In this document: positions 24,308-31,848 of the stretch, piece by piece
How positions within the stretch are numbered: position 1 is the stretch's first letter
How the letters are laid out: each line of letters begins with the position of its first letter
Assembly (NCBI GenBank): GCA_963699255.1
Contig: OY969425.1
Location: 360,001 to 392,000, forward strand
From: an uncultured bacterium
Lineage (GTDB): Bacteria > Margulisbacteria > WOR-1 > CAVSGV01
DNA: 32,000 nt
Direction of reading: 5' to 3'
Position numbers and translations under genes: made by a program
Notes under the pieces: generated by a model
Told to the model about the DNA's origin: nothing
The model's input: only the letters and a program-made list of their open reading frames with translations
The model's database searches: none

Positions 24308-24390
24308 TGCCGCGGAGAGGACTCGAACCTCCATGCTGTTTAGGCATACGCTCCTGAAGCGTACGTGTCTACCAATTCCACCACCGCGGC
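24308..24390 (-). tRNA. tRNA-Leu (anticodon CAG), class II with long variable arm, CCA not encoded
   Basis: The minus-strand sequence GCCGCGG-TG-GTGGAATTGGTAGACAC-G-TACGC-TTCAGGA-GCGTA-(variable arm)-GGAGGTTCGAGTCCTCT-CCGCGGC-A folds as a cloverleaf by hand. Confidence 0.9.
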
Positions 24391-24427
24391 GCTTCGACGA
24401 ACTCAATTGATCCCGATGATTTTTTAA

Positions 24428-24511
24428 TGCCGCTGGTCGGAGTCGAACCGACATGAGGTAAACCTCACGTGATTTTGAGTCACGCGCGTCTGCCAGTTCC
24501 GCCACAGCGGC
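24428..24511 (-). tRNA. tRNA-Leu (anticodon CAA), class II with long variable arm, CCA not encoded
   Basis: The minus-strand sequence GCCGCTG-TG-GCGGAACTGGCAGACGC-G-CGTGA-CTCAAAA-TCACG-(TGAGGTTTACCTCAT)-GTCGGTTCGACTCCGAC-CAGCGGC-A folds as a cloverleaf by hand. Confidence 0.9.
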
Positions 24512-24518
24512 ACTTGTC

Positions 24519-24598
24519 ATGCCGAACTTGTTTCGGCATCTGAATTTGCATTTGAGATCCTGAAACAGGTTCAGGATGACAGCATAATATTATTATGC
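24519..24598. other. Three consecutive perfect hairpins between the accA stop and the tRNA-Leu genes
   Basis: The first is ATGCCGAA-cttgt-TTCGGCAT (24519-24539). The second is ATCCTGAA-acagg-TTCAGGAT (24557-24577). The third is the palindrome GCATAATAtTATTATGC (24582-24598). None is followed by a U-tract on either strand. Confidence 0.45.
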
Positions 24599-24604
24599 CA
24601 CAGC

Positions 24605-25582
24605 TCATAGGGCACCAAGCTCCTCGAATATCCCCAATGACTTGAATTTTTTGTATCGGGCTTCAACAAGTTCAGGTCCCGACAGTTTTTGTAATTCCGC
24701 GAGATTCCTTAAGAGAGAGGCTTTAATGTTCTTTGCGGTCTGTTCCGCGTTGGTATGCGCGCCGCCGATAGGTTCTTTAATGATCTCATCAATGACCTTT
24801 AATTCCAGGAGATCGGGCGCCGTGATCTTTAACGATTCCGCCGCGTCCTTTGCTTTGGCCGCGTTCCTGTACAGGATCGACGCGCAGCCTTCCGGAGATA
24901 TTACCGAATAGATCGAATATTCGAGCATAAGCACTTTATTGCCGACTCCGATGCCCAGCGCCCCGCCGCTTCCTCCCTCACCTGTGATGATGACTATGAT
25001 AGGGACCTCGAACTGGGACATCTCCCGTAGATTCCTTGCAATGGCTTCGGCAACGGACCTTTCTTCTCCTGCGATACCAGGATAAGCTCCCGGAGTGTCA
25101 ATAAAAGTGACTATTGGTTTCTTAAAGTTGTCCGCCATCTGCATAAGCCGCAGCGCTTTCCTGTACCCTTCGGGATTAGCCATCCCCCAGCGCCTGTAGA
25201 TGTTCTCCTTTGTGGAGCTTCCTTTCTGGTTGCCGACGATCACAACGGATTGCCCTTCAAGTTTTGCGATGCCCCCGATCAGCGCGGGGTCGTCGGCGAA
25301 GTACCGGTCGCCGTGCAGTTCGTAGAAATCCGTGAAAATGTGCTTGATAAGGTCAAGGGTTGACGGCCTTAACACATGCCGCGCGATCGATACTATCTGT
25401 GTTGGAGTAAGATTCGTAAACAGCTCTTTTTTTTGTTGTTCGATCCTTTTCTCAAGGGCCTGTATCTCGGACGAAAGGTCTATCTTGTTGTGTTTTGAGA
25501 TCCTAGTTAGGTCCTCTATCTTTTTATACACTTCGATCAGAGGTTTTTCAAATTCAAGCAATCCCTTTGGTATGCCGGCCAT
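24605..25582 (-). CDS. accA: Acetyl-CoA carboxylase carboxyltransferase alpha subunit
   Basis: AccA blocks are present: FIDTPGAYPG, AEERG-like GEERSVAEAIA and GEGGSGGALG, at 325 aa. Confidence 0.96.
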   Translation of the reverse strand: MAGIPKGLLEFEKPLIEVYKKIEDLTRISKHNKIDLSSEIQALEKRIEQQKKELFTNLTPTQIVSIARHVLRPSTLDLIKHIFTDFYELHGDRYFADDPALIGGIAKLEGQSVVIVGNQKGSSTKENIYRRWGMANPEGYRKALRLMQMADNFKKPIVTFIDTPGAYPGIAGEERSVAEAIARNLREMSQFEVPIIVIITGEGGSGGALGIGVGNKVLMLEYSIYSVISPEGCASILYRNAAKAKDAAESLKITAPDLLELKVIDEIIKEPIGGAHTNAEQTAKNIKASLLRNLAELQKLSGPELVEARYKKFKSLGIFEELGAL

Positions 25583-25583
25583 T

Positions 25584-26447
25584 TTATTTCTCCATAAAGA
25601 AATTGATCATTTTCATTAGAGTGTCTTTCATGTTCTTTCTTTCAACGACCATATCAATGAATCCGTGTTCGACCAGAAATTCAGCCCTCTGGAAGTCATC
25701 GGGCAGTTTTTGTTTTATGGTCTGCTCAATTACCCTGGGACCTGCGAACCCTACCAGGGCGCCCGGCTCTGACATGATTATATCGCCGAGCATAGCATAG
25801 CTTGCGGAGACGCCGGCCATTGTGGGGTCGGTGCAGACAGATATGTAAGGCAGTCGCGCTTTTTTCAGCTTGCCAAGGGCAGCAGATGTCTTTGCCATCT
25901 GCATAAGGCTCATGATGGCTTCCTGCATCCTTGCTCCTCCCGATGCGTTGAATATTATCACCGGCATTTTGTTCTCTATGGAATGTTCAATAAGGCGGGT
26001 AACTTTTTCACCAACGACAGAGCCTAAACTCCCGCCTATGAAGCTGAAATCCATTATGCCCAAACCCGTCCTTAACCCGCCAATCTTCGCTTCACCCGTT
26101 GTGATCGCCTCGTTCAAGCCGGACTTTTTCTTTGCATCTTCGAGCCGCTTTGAGTAGGGCATTGTATCGGTGAATTTGAGGAAGTCCTTTGAAAAGACAA
26201 GGTTGTCATATTCGATGAATGAACCGTCGTCCGCCGTTATCTTCATTCTTTCGGCGCACGTTAGCCTGAAGTGGTGTCCGCATTTAGGGCAAACCTTCAA
26301 ATTTGCTTCCAGATCCTTGCTGTAGATCGTGGCCTTGCATTTGGGGCACTTTACCCATAAATGGCCAGGGATATCAAGCTTATCGGATTTTGCCGCAAGT
26401 TCTTTCTCTTCTTTTTTCTTTGAGAACCATTCATTTATTGATTTCAT
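25584..26447 (-). CDS. accD: Acetyl-CoA carboxylase carboxyltransferase beta subunit
   Basis: It has an N-terminal zinc ribbon (CPKC…CPKCGHH). The GGSLG and SGGARMQE blocks are also present. It lies immediately upstream of accA. Confidence 0.96.
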   Translation of the reverse strand: MKSINEWFSKKKEEKELAAKSDKLDIPGHLWVKCPKCKATIYSKDLEANLKVCPKCGHHFRLTCAERMKITADDGSFIEYDNLVFSKDFLKFTDTMPYSKRLEDAKKKSGLNEAITTGEAKIGGLRTGLGIMDFSFIGGSLGSVVGEKVTRLIEHSIENKMPVIIFNASGGARMQEAIMSLMQMAKTSAALGKLKKARLPYISVCTDPTMAGVSASYAMLGDIIMSEPGALVGFAGPRVIEQTIKQKLPDDFQRAEFLVEHGFIDMVVERKNMKDTLMKMINFFMEK

Positions 26448-26466
26448 AGAAAACGTGTGTTATTAT
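26438..26466 (+). promoter_or_regulatory. Candidate promoter for rpsT (TTGATT-17 nt-TGtTATTAT)
   Basis: The hexamers and spacing were read from the sequence. An AAAGGAG SD follows before the ATG at 26502. Confidence 0.45.
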
Positions 26467-26501
26467 ACAGCACAAATGTGAGATTGAAAAGGAGAGTTTC
26501 G

Positions 26502-26768
26502 ATGGCTAATATAAAAGCTGCTATTAAATATATAAGGAAATCCAGAAAGAACAGGGCAAGGAACCTTGCGGTAAAAGGCAAGATCAAAAAGCTGTTAAAA
26601 GAGGCTTTGAAACTGATATCGTTGAAGGACAAGGGCGCCGCGGAAGCCGTTAAAGCTGTTATTAGCGCTATCGATAAGGCCGCGGAGAACGGGATACTTC
26701 ACAAGAATACAGCCGCCAGAAAAAAATCAAGGCTGATGAAGAAATTAAATGCCATCTCAAAAAAATAA
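26502..26768 (+). CDS. rpsT: 30S ribosomal protein S20
   Basis: The sequence MANIKAAIKYIRKSRKNRARN… is a typical S20 N-terminus. A GGAG SD lies 6-7 nt upstream of 26502. The ORF-track start at 26457 adds an unsupported 15-aa extension. Confidence 0.93.
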   Translation: MANIKAAIKYIRKSRKNRARNLAVKGKIKKLLKEALKLISLKDKGAAEAVKAVISAIDKAAENGILHKNTAARKKSRLMKKLNAISKK

Positions 26769-27561
26769 CTCGATAAAGTTAAGGGCATATGCCAAACTAA
26801 ATCTTTCGCTCAGCATCATCGGAAAACGTCCGGATGGCTACCATGACATTGACTCGATGATGCAGTCCGTATCCCTGCATGATGAGGTTGATCTGAAAGC
26901 AATTGAATCCGGAATAAAGGTCAAATGCTCAATTCCCGACATCGAAGATAATACGGCGCAAAAAGCAGCGGAACTCTTGCTTGCTGAAGCAAAGATAAAA
27001 TCAGGCGTCAGCATACAGATCAAGAAGAACATCCCTGTGTCGGCGGGTTTGGGCGGGGGGTCGGCGGATGCCGCTGCTACTTTGATAGGTCTAAACAAAT
27101 TGTTCGATCTGAACTTGCACAGGGAAAAACTGTTGGAGCTCGCCGCAAAAATAGGCTCGGATGTGCCGTTTTGCCTTGTCGGCGGGACCGCTCGATGCAC
27201 CGGCAGGGGAGATATAGTGGCAAAAGAGAACCCTCAAACGGGAGCCGTGTTCATGCTGGTCATACCGAATATAGAGGTCCCGACCAAGATTGTTTATGAT
27301 AAATTCGATGAGGTGGGAAGAGGTCCTTCGGAGAATGAACTTGAGAAAGCTGCCGTAGCGCTGTTCCCTGAGATAAGCGAGATGAGGGAAATACTGGTCT
27401 GCGAAACGAAACAAGACTGGAAAATGTCGGGTTCCGGCCCCACTCTTTACATTGAATTAAGGGACCTTTCTGACGCGGAAAAATATTCGGAAACCGTGAG
27501 CAAGATAAACGCGGTCCACCATGTCGTAAAGCGCATGGATTCAGGCGTAGAAACCTTCTAA
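26749..27561 (+). CDS. ispE: 4-diphosphocytidyl-2-C-methyl-D-erythritol kinase
   Basis: It has AYAKLNLSL and RPDGYH blocks and the GHMP kinase motif PVSAGLGGGSADAAA. It overlaps rpsT by 20 nt. Confidence 0.92.
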   Translation: MPSQKNNSIKLRAYAKLNLSLSIIGKRPDGYHDIDSMMQSVSLHDEVDLKAIESGIKVKCSIPDIEDNTAQKAAELLLAEAKIKSGVSIQIKKNIPVSAGLGGGSADAAATLIGLNKLFDLNLHREKLLELAAKIGSDVPFCLVGGTARCTGRGDIVAKENPQTGAVFMLVIPNIEVPTKIVYDKFDEVGRGPSENELEKAAVALFPEISEMREILVCETKQDWKMSGSGPTLYIELRDLSDAEKYSETVSKINAVHHVVKRMDSGVETF

Positions 27562-27574
27562 GGATATTTTCCTC

Positions 27575-27603
27575 TTGACAGACTTTTGTCTCAAGTATAG
27601 TAT
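27575..27603 (+). promoter_or_regulatory. Sigma70-like promoter of the efflux operon (TTGACA, then TATAGT/TAGTAT 15-17 nt downstream)
   Basis: A perfect -35 hexamer lies at 27575-27580, with a -10-like element at 27596-27603. These were read from the sequence. Confidence 0.5.
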
Positions 27604-27609
27604 GTACTG

Positions 27610-27637
27610 CATATCATACATATCATATCTATATGAT
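27610..27637. promoter_or_regulatory. Operator-like repeats in the efflux operon leader: tandem CATATCATA x2 (27610-27627) overlapping the inverted repeat ATCATAT-ct-ATATGAT (27622-27637)
   Basis: Perfect repeats were read from the sequence. They lie between the putative -10 and the SD (GGGAGG, 27646-27651) of the TolC-like gene. Confidence 0.45.
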
Positions 27638-27659
27638 TATTTAAAGGGAGGTTGAGCGA

Positions 27660-28997
27660 GTGAAAAAGATCTTATTGTTTATGGTTCTGTTGCTTTCATC
27701 GTCATTTGTTTTTGCGGATGAATTAACGTTAAAGAACAGCATTGATATGGCCATGGAAAAAAGTCCGGCGATAATATATGCGAGGCAGGGTGTGGTCGCG
27801 GCGGACGGGAAACTCGGGCAGGCCTTCGGGGCAATCCTCCCAAATCTGTCATTATCCGGGAAATATGGTTCCAGCTACACAAAACCGTACGATATCAATG
27901 ATATGATAACGTTCGGCACTACGGAAACGCCGGTTTCCATCACCCAGGGGGCCGATGAAACGGCGTTAGTGTACGGATATAACCTGACTTTGTCGCAGCC
28001 TATTTATGCGGGGGCGCTTTTCCCCGCGCTGGATATAGCTCAGAACGGGTATAATATCGCGAAGGAAAACCTGAGAAAATCGGAATTTGACCTTAAATAT
28101 AACGTTGTCAATTCTTATTACGGGGTTCTCAGGGCGACCAAACTTTATGACCTCTCTAATGAGTCCCTTGATATGGCCAGATCGCACAGGGACCAGGTGA
28201 AAGCCATGTATCTTGCGGGGACCGCCACAAAAGCTGATGTGCTGCGCTCGGAAGTGGAGGTGGCGAACATGGAGGTGTCTCTTACAAAAGCCAGTAACGG
28301 ACTGGCGCTTGCTAAAGACGCTTTTAATAATGTTCTTGGTAGAGACCTGGATGAATCGGTGGCGTTGAGCGAAAAAGAGATCGTGCAGGAAATCGTTCAG
28401 CCTAAAACATATAAGGAATGTGTGGCGACCGCTTTTGACAGCAGAGCCGACTGGCTGATCTTTCAGCTGAATAAAAAGATTAACGAGAAGAGCGTGGATA
28501 TCGCGGTGAGCGGGTATTTTCCGGTTTTATCGCTTATCGGTTCGATCGGCGAGAATAAGATGGAGTATACCAAGAACGATCTGCTGAACACCGATATCAA
28601 TTCATGGACCGTTGCCGCAAATGCTTCCTGGACGCTTTTTGACGGGCTTGCTACTCAGTCAAGAATCAAGGAAGCCAACGCGAATCTTGAGGCCATAAGG
28701 GCCAATGAAGATTCTGTAAAGAACGGCATTATTTTGGAAGTGAAAGACACCTGTCTCAATCTTACCAGCGCCATAGAGGTCATTAAGAGCGCCGGCAAGG
28801 CTGTTGAATCGGCGGATGAAAATTACCGCATTTCAAAGGAAAAGTACAGGAGCGGTATCGGCTCGAACCTTGAGATGATAGACGCCCAGACCGCTCTTAA
28901 AGAAGCGAAAACTGACTTTTATCAGGCGCAATTTGATTATCAAATAGCAAAGGCAAAGTTGAACCAGGCCATAGGGGAAGAAGTTTACGTATTTTAA
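27660..28997 (+). CDS. TolC-family outer membrane efflux protein
   Basis: It uses a GTG start with a GGGAGG SD and has a signal peptide (MKKILLFMVLLLSSSFVFA). It shows the two-repeat OEP architecture at about 445 aa, with typical LTLKNSIDMA and AKDAFNNVLG-type helices. Confidence 0.88.
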   Translation: MKKILLFMVLLLSSSFVFADELTLKNSIDMAMEKSPAIIYARQGVVAADGKLGQAFGAILPNLSLSGKYGSSYTKPYDINDMITFGTTETPVSITQGADETALVYGYNLTLSQPIYAGALFPALDIAQNGYNIAKENLRKSEFDLKYNVVNSYYGVLRATKLYDLSNESLDMARSHRDQVKAMYLAGTATKADVLRSEVEVANMEVSLTKASNGLALAKDAFNNVLGRDLDESVALSEKEIVQEIVQPKTYKECVATAFDSRADWLIFQLNKKINEKSVDIAVSGYFPVLSLIGSIGENKMEYTKNDLLNTDINSWTVAANASWTLFDGLATQSRIKEANANLEAIRANEDSVKNGIILEVKDTCLNLTSAIEVIKSAGKAVESADENYRISKEKYRSGIGSNLEMIDAQTALKEAKTDFYQAQFDYQIAKAKLNQAIGEEVYVF

Positions 28998-29012
28998 TAA
29001 GGAGGAATGAAA

Positions 29013-29258
29013 ATGGAAAAGGGTGTAAAGGATTTTGAACATCGTTTCTACGATGTGGCGACGGTGGGAGAGCGAGGACAGGTAGTTATTCCTTCGAATG
29101 CGAGAAAAGCACTCGGTATTAAAGCCGGGGACAAACTGATCGCTCTGGAAGGGCCTATGGGAAGTTCCATTGTTTTTTTTAAGATGAGATCGATGAATAC
29201 GTTCATGCAAAAGGTCATGAGAACGCTTGGCGGGACGAAAGTTCCCGGCAGCAAATAG
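29013..29258 (+). CDS. Small AbrB/SpoVT (MazE-fold) DNA-binding domain protein
   Basis: GERGQVVIPSNARKALGIKAGDKLIALEG matches the SpoVT-AbrB looped-hinge helix pattern. The start at 29013 sits 7 nt after GGAGG. The ATG at 29007 is too close to the SD. Confidence 0.7.
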   Translation: MEKGVKDFEHRFYDVATVGERGQVVIPSNARKALGIKAGDKLIALEGPMGSSIVFFKMRSMNTFMQKVMRTLGGTKVPGSK

Positions 29259-29272
29259 AGAAGGAGGAACAT

Positions 29273-30148
29273 ATGGGAATAACTGATGCGCTTAATAAGC
29301 TTAGGGGCATGAAAAGGAAAGATATCATAAATATGGCGATCATTATCGTTATTATAGTAGCCGCTGTTTATTTTGCTGCTCAGTACGCGATAAATTATTT
29401 TAACAGGGATAAAATATTTGCTTCCGGCACGATAGAGGCTGTTGAGACAGACGTTGCCACCAAAGTGTCTGGAAGGGTCATTAGTTTTCTCGCTGATGAA
29501 GGCGACAATGTGCAGAAAGGCTCTGTTATAGCTTCACTTGAAACCTCCGAACTTTATGCGGGCTTTAAGCAAACAGTGGCGGTAGAACAATCCGCGCAGA
29601 TCAGATACGACAACGCCAAAAGAAATTACACAAGGGCCAAAGCATTGAGAAGAAAGAACATGATAAGCGCCCAGGATTTCGATGCCGTGACGAGCAATTA
29701 TGAGGCTGCGGAGGCTGAGCTAAGCAGGTCATCTGCTTCCAGGGCGGTCGCGGAGATATCTTATAATGAAGCCAATATCAGAGCGCCTATTTCCGGGACC
29801 ATTCTCTCAAGGGCTGTAGAAATAGGAGATCTGCTTTCGCCTTACTCAACGGTGGTGACCATGGCCGATCTATCCATGCTTGAGATTATGCTTTATGTTT
29901 CCGAGGGAAAATATGGAAGGATAGCAATCGGAGACAGTGTGGACGTGATGGTAGATTCTTTCCCGCGCGATAAGTTCAGCGGAAAGGTCGTATATATCTC
30001 GAATACGGCGGAGTTCACCCCGAAGAACATCCAGACGAAAGAGGAAAGGGTGACCCAGGTTTTCGGGATAAAGATCGATATCCCGAATCCGGAAAACAAA
30101 TTAAAGCCGGGTATGCCTGCTGACGCGGTCATTTATTTAAGCAAGTAA
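29273..30148 (+). CDS. HlyD-family periplasmic adaptor (YbhG-like membrane fusion protein)
   Basis: It has an N-terminal TM anchor, a lipoyl-like block (VATKVSGRV…GDNVQKG) and a coiled-coil region. The IRAPISGTI and FTPKNIQT blocks typical of YbhG-type adaptors are present. A strong SD precedes the start. Confidence 0.88.
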   Translation: MGITDALNKLRGMKRKDIINMAIIIVIIVAAVYFAAQYAINYFNRDKIFASGTIEAVETDVATKVSGRVISFLADEGDNVQKGSVIASLETSELYAGFKQTVAVEQSAQIRYDNAKRNYTRAKALRRKNMISAQDFDAVTSNYEAAEAELSRSSASRAVAEISYNEANIRAPISGTILSRAVEIGDLLSPYSTVVTMADLSMLEIMLYVSEGKYGRIAIGDSVDVMVDSFPRDKFSGKVVYISNTAEFTPKNIQTKEERVTQVFGIKIDIPNPENKLKPGMPADAVIYLSK

Positions 30149-30152
30149 CCCT

Positions 30153-30896
30153 GTGGATAATGCAGTTATCACCGTCAATAAGCTGACGAAAAAATTCAAA
30201 GAGCACACCGCTGTATCCTCCCTTGATCTCACCATAAATAAAGGAGAGATTTTCGGTCTTCTTGGCCCTGACGGGGCTGGAAAATCAACCATCATGAGGA
30301 TGCTCTCCACCGTAATGCTGCCTACAAGCGGAGAGGCGACCGTCCTGGGAATGGATATCAAGAAGGATGAGGATAAGATAAGGCGGCGCATAGGTTACAT
30401 GCCTCAGAAATTCAACCTCTACGGCGACCTGACGGTGGATGAGAACATAGAATTCTTTGCTGACATTTATGATGTGAAAAGGGAAGACCTGGATGCTGTA
30501 AGGGAGAAAACCCTCGAATTCACTAAGCTGGCGCCTTACAGGAACAGATATGCTCGCCAGCTGTCCGGAGGAATGCAGAAAAAGCTCGCTCTCGCGACAG
30601 TTATCCTTCACGCTCCGGAGATACTTTTTCTTGACGAGCCCACACTGGGGGTAGATCCACTTTCCCGGCGGGAGTTCTGGAGGCTTTTGTACGGCTTAAA
30701 TGACGTGACTATCTTTGTAACCACCCCGTATATGGATGAGGCGGAGCGATGCAACAGGATAGGGTTGATCCGCGAAGGCGTTCTGCTTACCTGCGATACT
30801 CCGGCTCAGATCAAACTACGGACCAATGAGCCGACGCTTGAGAAAGCTTTTATAAATCTGATCATGTGCGCCAGAACGCCAGGATGTGAAGTGTAG
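30153..30896 (+). CDS. ABC ATPase 1 of the efflux system (intact signature, H-loop His replaced by Pro)
   Basis: It uses a GTG start. It has Walker A (GPDGAGKST), the signature LSGGMQKKL and Walker B (ILFLDEPT). Its H-loop region reads VTTPYMDEAE instead of TTHYMDEAE. Confidence 0.9.
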   Translation: MDNAVITVNKLTKKFKEHTAVSSLDLTINKGEIFGLLGPDGAGKSTIMRMLSTVMLPTSGEATVLGMDIKKDEDKIRRRIGYMPQKFNLYGDLTVDENIEFFADIYDVKREDLDAVREKTLEFTKLAPYRNRYARQLSGGMQKKLALATVILHAPEILFLDEPTLGVDPLSRREFWRLLYGLNDVTIFVTTPYMDEAERCNRIGLIREGVLLTCDTPAQIKLRTNEPTLEKAFINLIMCARTPGCEV

Positions 30897-30897
30897 T

Positions 30898-31848
30898 ATG
30901 TCAGAAGTATCAATTGCAGTAAAAGATCTAACAAAGAAATTCGGCGATTTTGTTGCCGTCAATAACATTAACTTTGAAATAAGGAAAGGTGAGATCTTCG
31001 GGTTTTTGGGGCCGAACGGGGCGGGTAAGACCACTACGATCAGGATGCTTTGCGGATTGATCGACCCCACTTCAGGTGACGCGACTGTTGGCGGGTTCAG
31101 GATATCGGATCAGCAGGAAGACATTAAAAAGATCATCGGATATATGTCGCAAAAGTTCTCTCTTTATGATGACCTGACCGTAGCTGAGAATATCGATTTT
31201 TTTGCCGGTATATATCAGACGCCTAAGTATAACAGGGAACATAAGAAACAGGAGATAATCAAGATCTCGGAACTGTTCGGCAAGGAGAATGTCCTGGCGG
31301 GGGAACTCGCCTCAGCTTTAAAACAACATCTGGCTCTCGGGTGCGCTTTGATCAATGATCCCCGCGTCATTTTCCTTGACGAACCTACCGCTGGTGTGGA
31401 TCCGCTGGCCAGAAAGAAATTCTGGAACATCATAAAGATGCTGGCTAAAGCCGGCGTAACAGTATTGGTCACCACTCATTACATGGATGAGGCCGAAAAC
31501 TGCGATCGTATAGCGTTCATAAGCGATGGCGTTGTTATCGCGTGCGATTCCCCGGAGAACCTTAAGACCAATGAAATGAAGGGTTTCCTTTATGAGATAG
31601 AATGCGACAAGGTCATGAAGGCGCTTGAATTGTTGAGGAAACTATCCTTTATAAGGGAGATCGCGTTATATGGCATTTATCTTCACGCGGTCGTAGAAGA
31701 CGAAAAATATGCGGAAGATATAAAAAGCGCCTTAAAGTCTAACTTTATTGAGATCAAAAGGATGGAGAAAACCATTCCGTCGCTTGAGGATGTTTTTGTG
31801 TCGCTTGTCGAAGCTCAGATCCGTCAAAAGAGCGCGGGAAATAAATGA
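30898..31848 (+). CDS. ABC ATPase 2 of the efflux system (degenerate signature motif, intact H-loop)
   Basis: It has Walker A (GPNGAGKTT), Walker B (VIFLDEPT) and an H-loop (TTHYMDEAE). Its signature position reads LASALKQHL instead of LSGG.KQRL. It has a C-terminal extension of about 100 aa. The ATG at 30898 lies 1 nt after the upstream TAG, with an alternative GTG at 30886. Confidence 0.9.
   Translation: MSEVSIAVKDLTKKFGDFVAVNNINFEIRKGEIFGFLGPNGAGKTTTIRMLCGLIDPTSGDATVGGFRISDQQEDIKKIIGYMSQKFSLYDDLTVAENIDFFAGIYQTPKYNREHKKQEIIKISELFGKENVLAGELASALKQHLALGCALINDPRVIFLDEPTAGVDPLARKKFWNIIKMLAKAGVTVLVTTHYMDEAENCDRIAFISDGVVIACDSPENLKTNEMKGFLYEIECDKVMKALELLRKLSFIREIALYGIYLHAVVEDEKYAEDIKSALKSNFIEIKRMEKTIPSLEDVFVSLVEAQIRQKSAGNK

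Noticed and set aside
20444-24390. I considered whether the kinase plus ABC-2 exporter form a genomic island integrated at the 3' end of tRNA-Leu.
   Set aside because: There is no integrase. I found no direct repeat of the tRNA 3' end (TGCCGCGGAGAGGACTCGAACC or its complement) at the far boundary near 20364-20443. Only a qualitative AT-richness of the kinase gene supports foreign origin.
24299-24520. A 73-aa minus-strand ORF is predicted here.
   Set aside because: It is read straight through two tRNA-Leu genes, so it is spurious.
26457-26501. The ORF track adds a 15-aa N-terminal extension (MLLYSTNVRLKRRVS) to S20.
   Set aside because: The SD (AAAGGAG) and the canonical S20 N-terminus (MANIKAA) fix the start at 26502. 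The extension would also overlap the promoter.
29013-29258. I considered whether the AbrB/MazE-fold protein is the antitoxin of a toxin-antitoxin pair.
   Set aside because: There is no adjacent small toxin gene (MazF, PIN, Doc or similar). Both neighbours are efflux components in the same operon.
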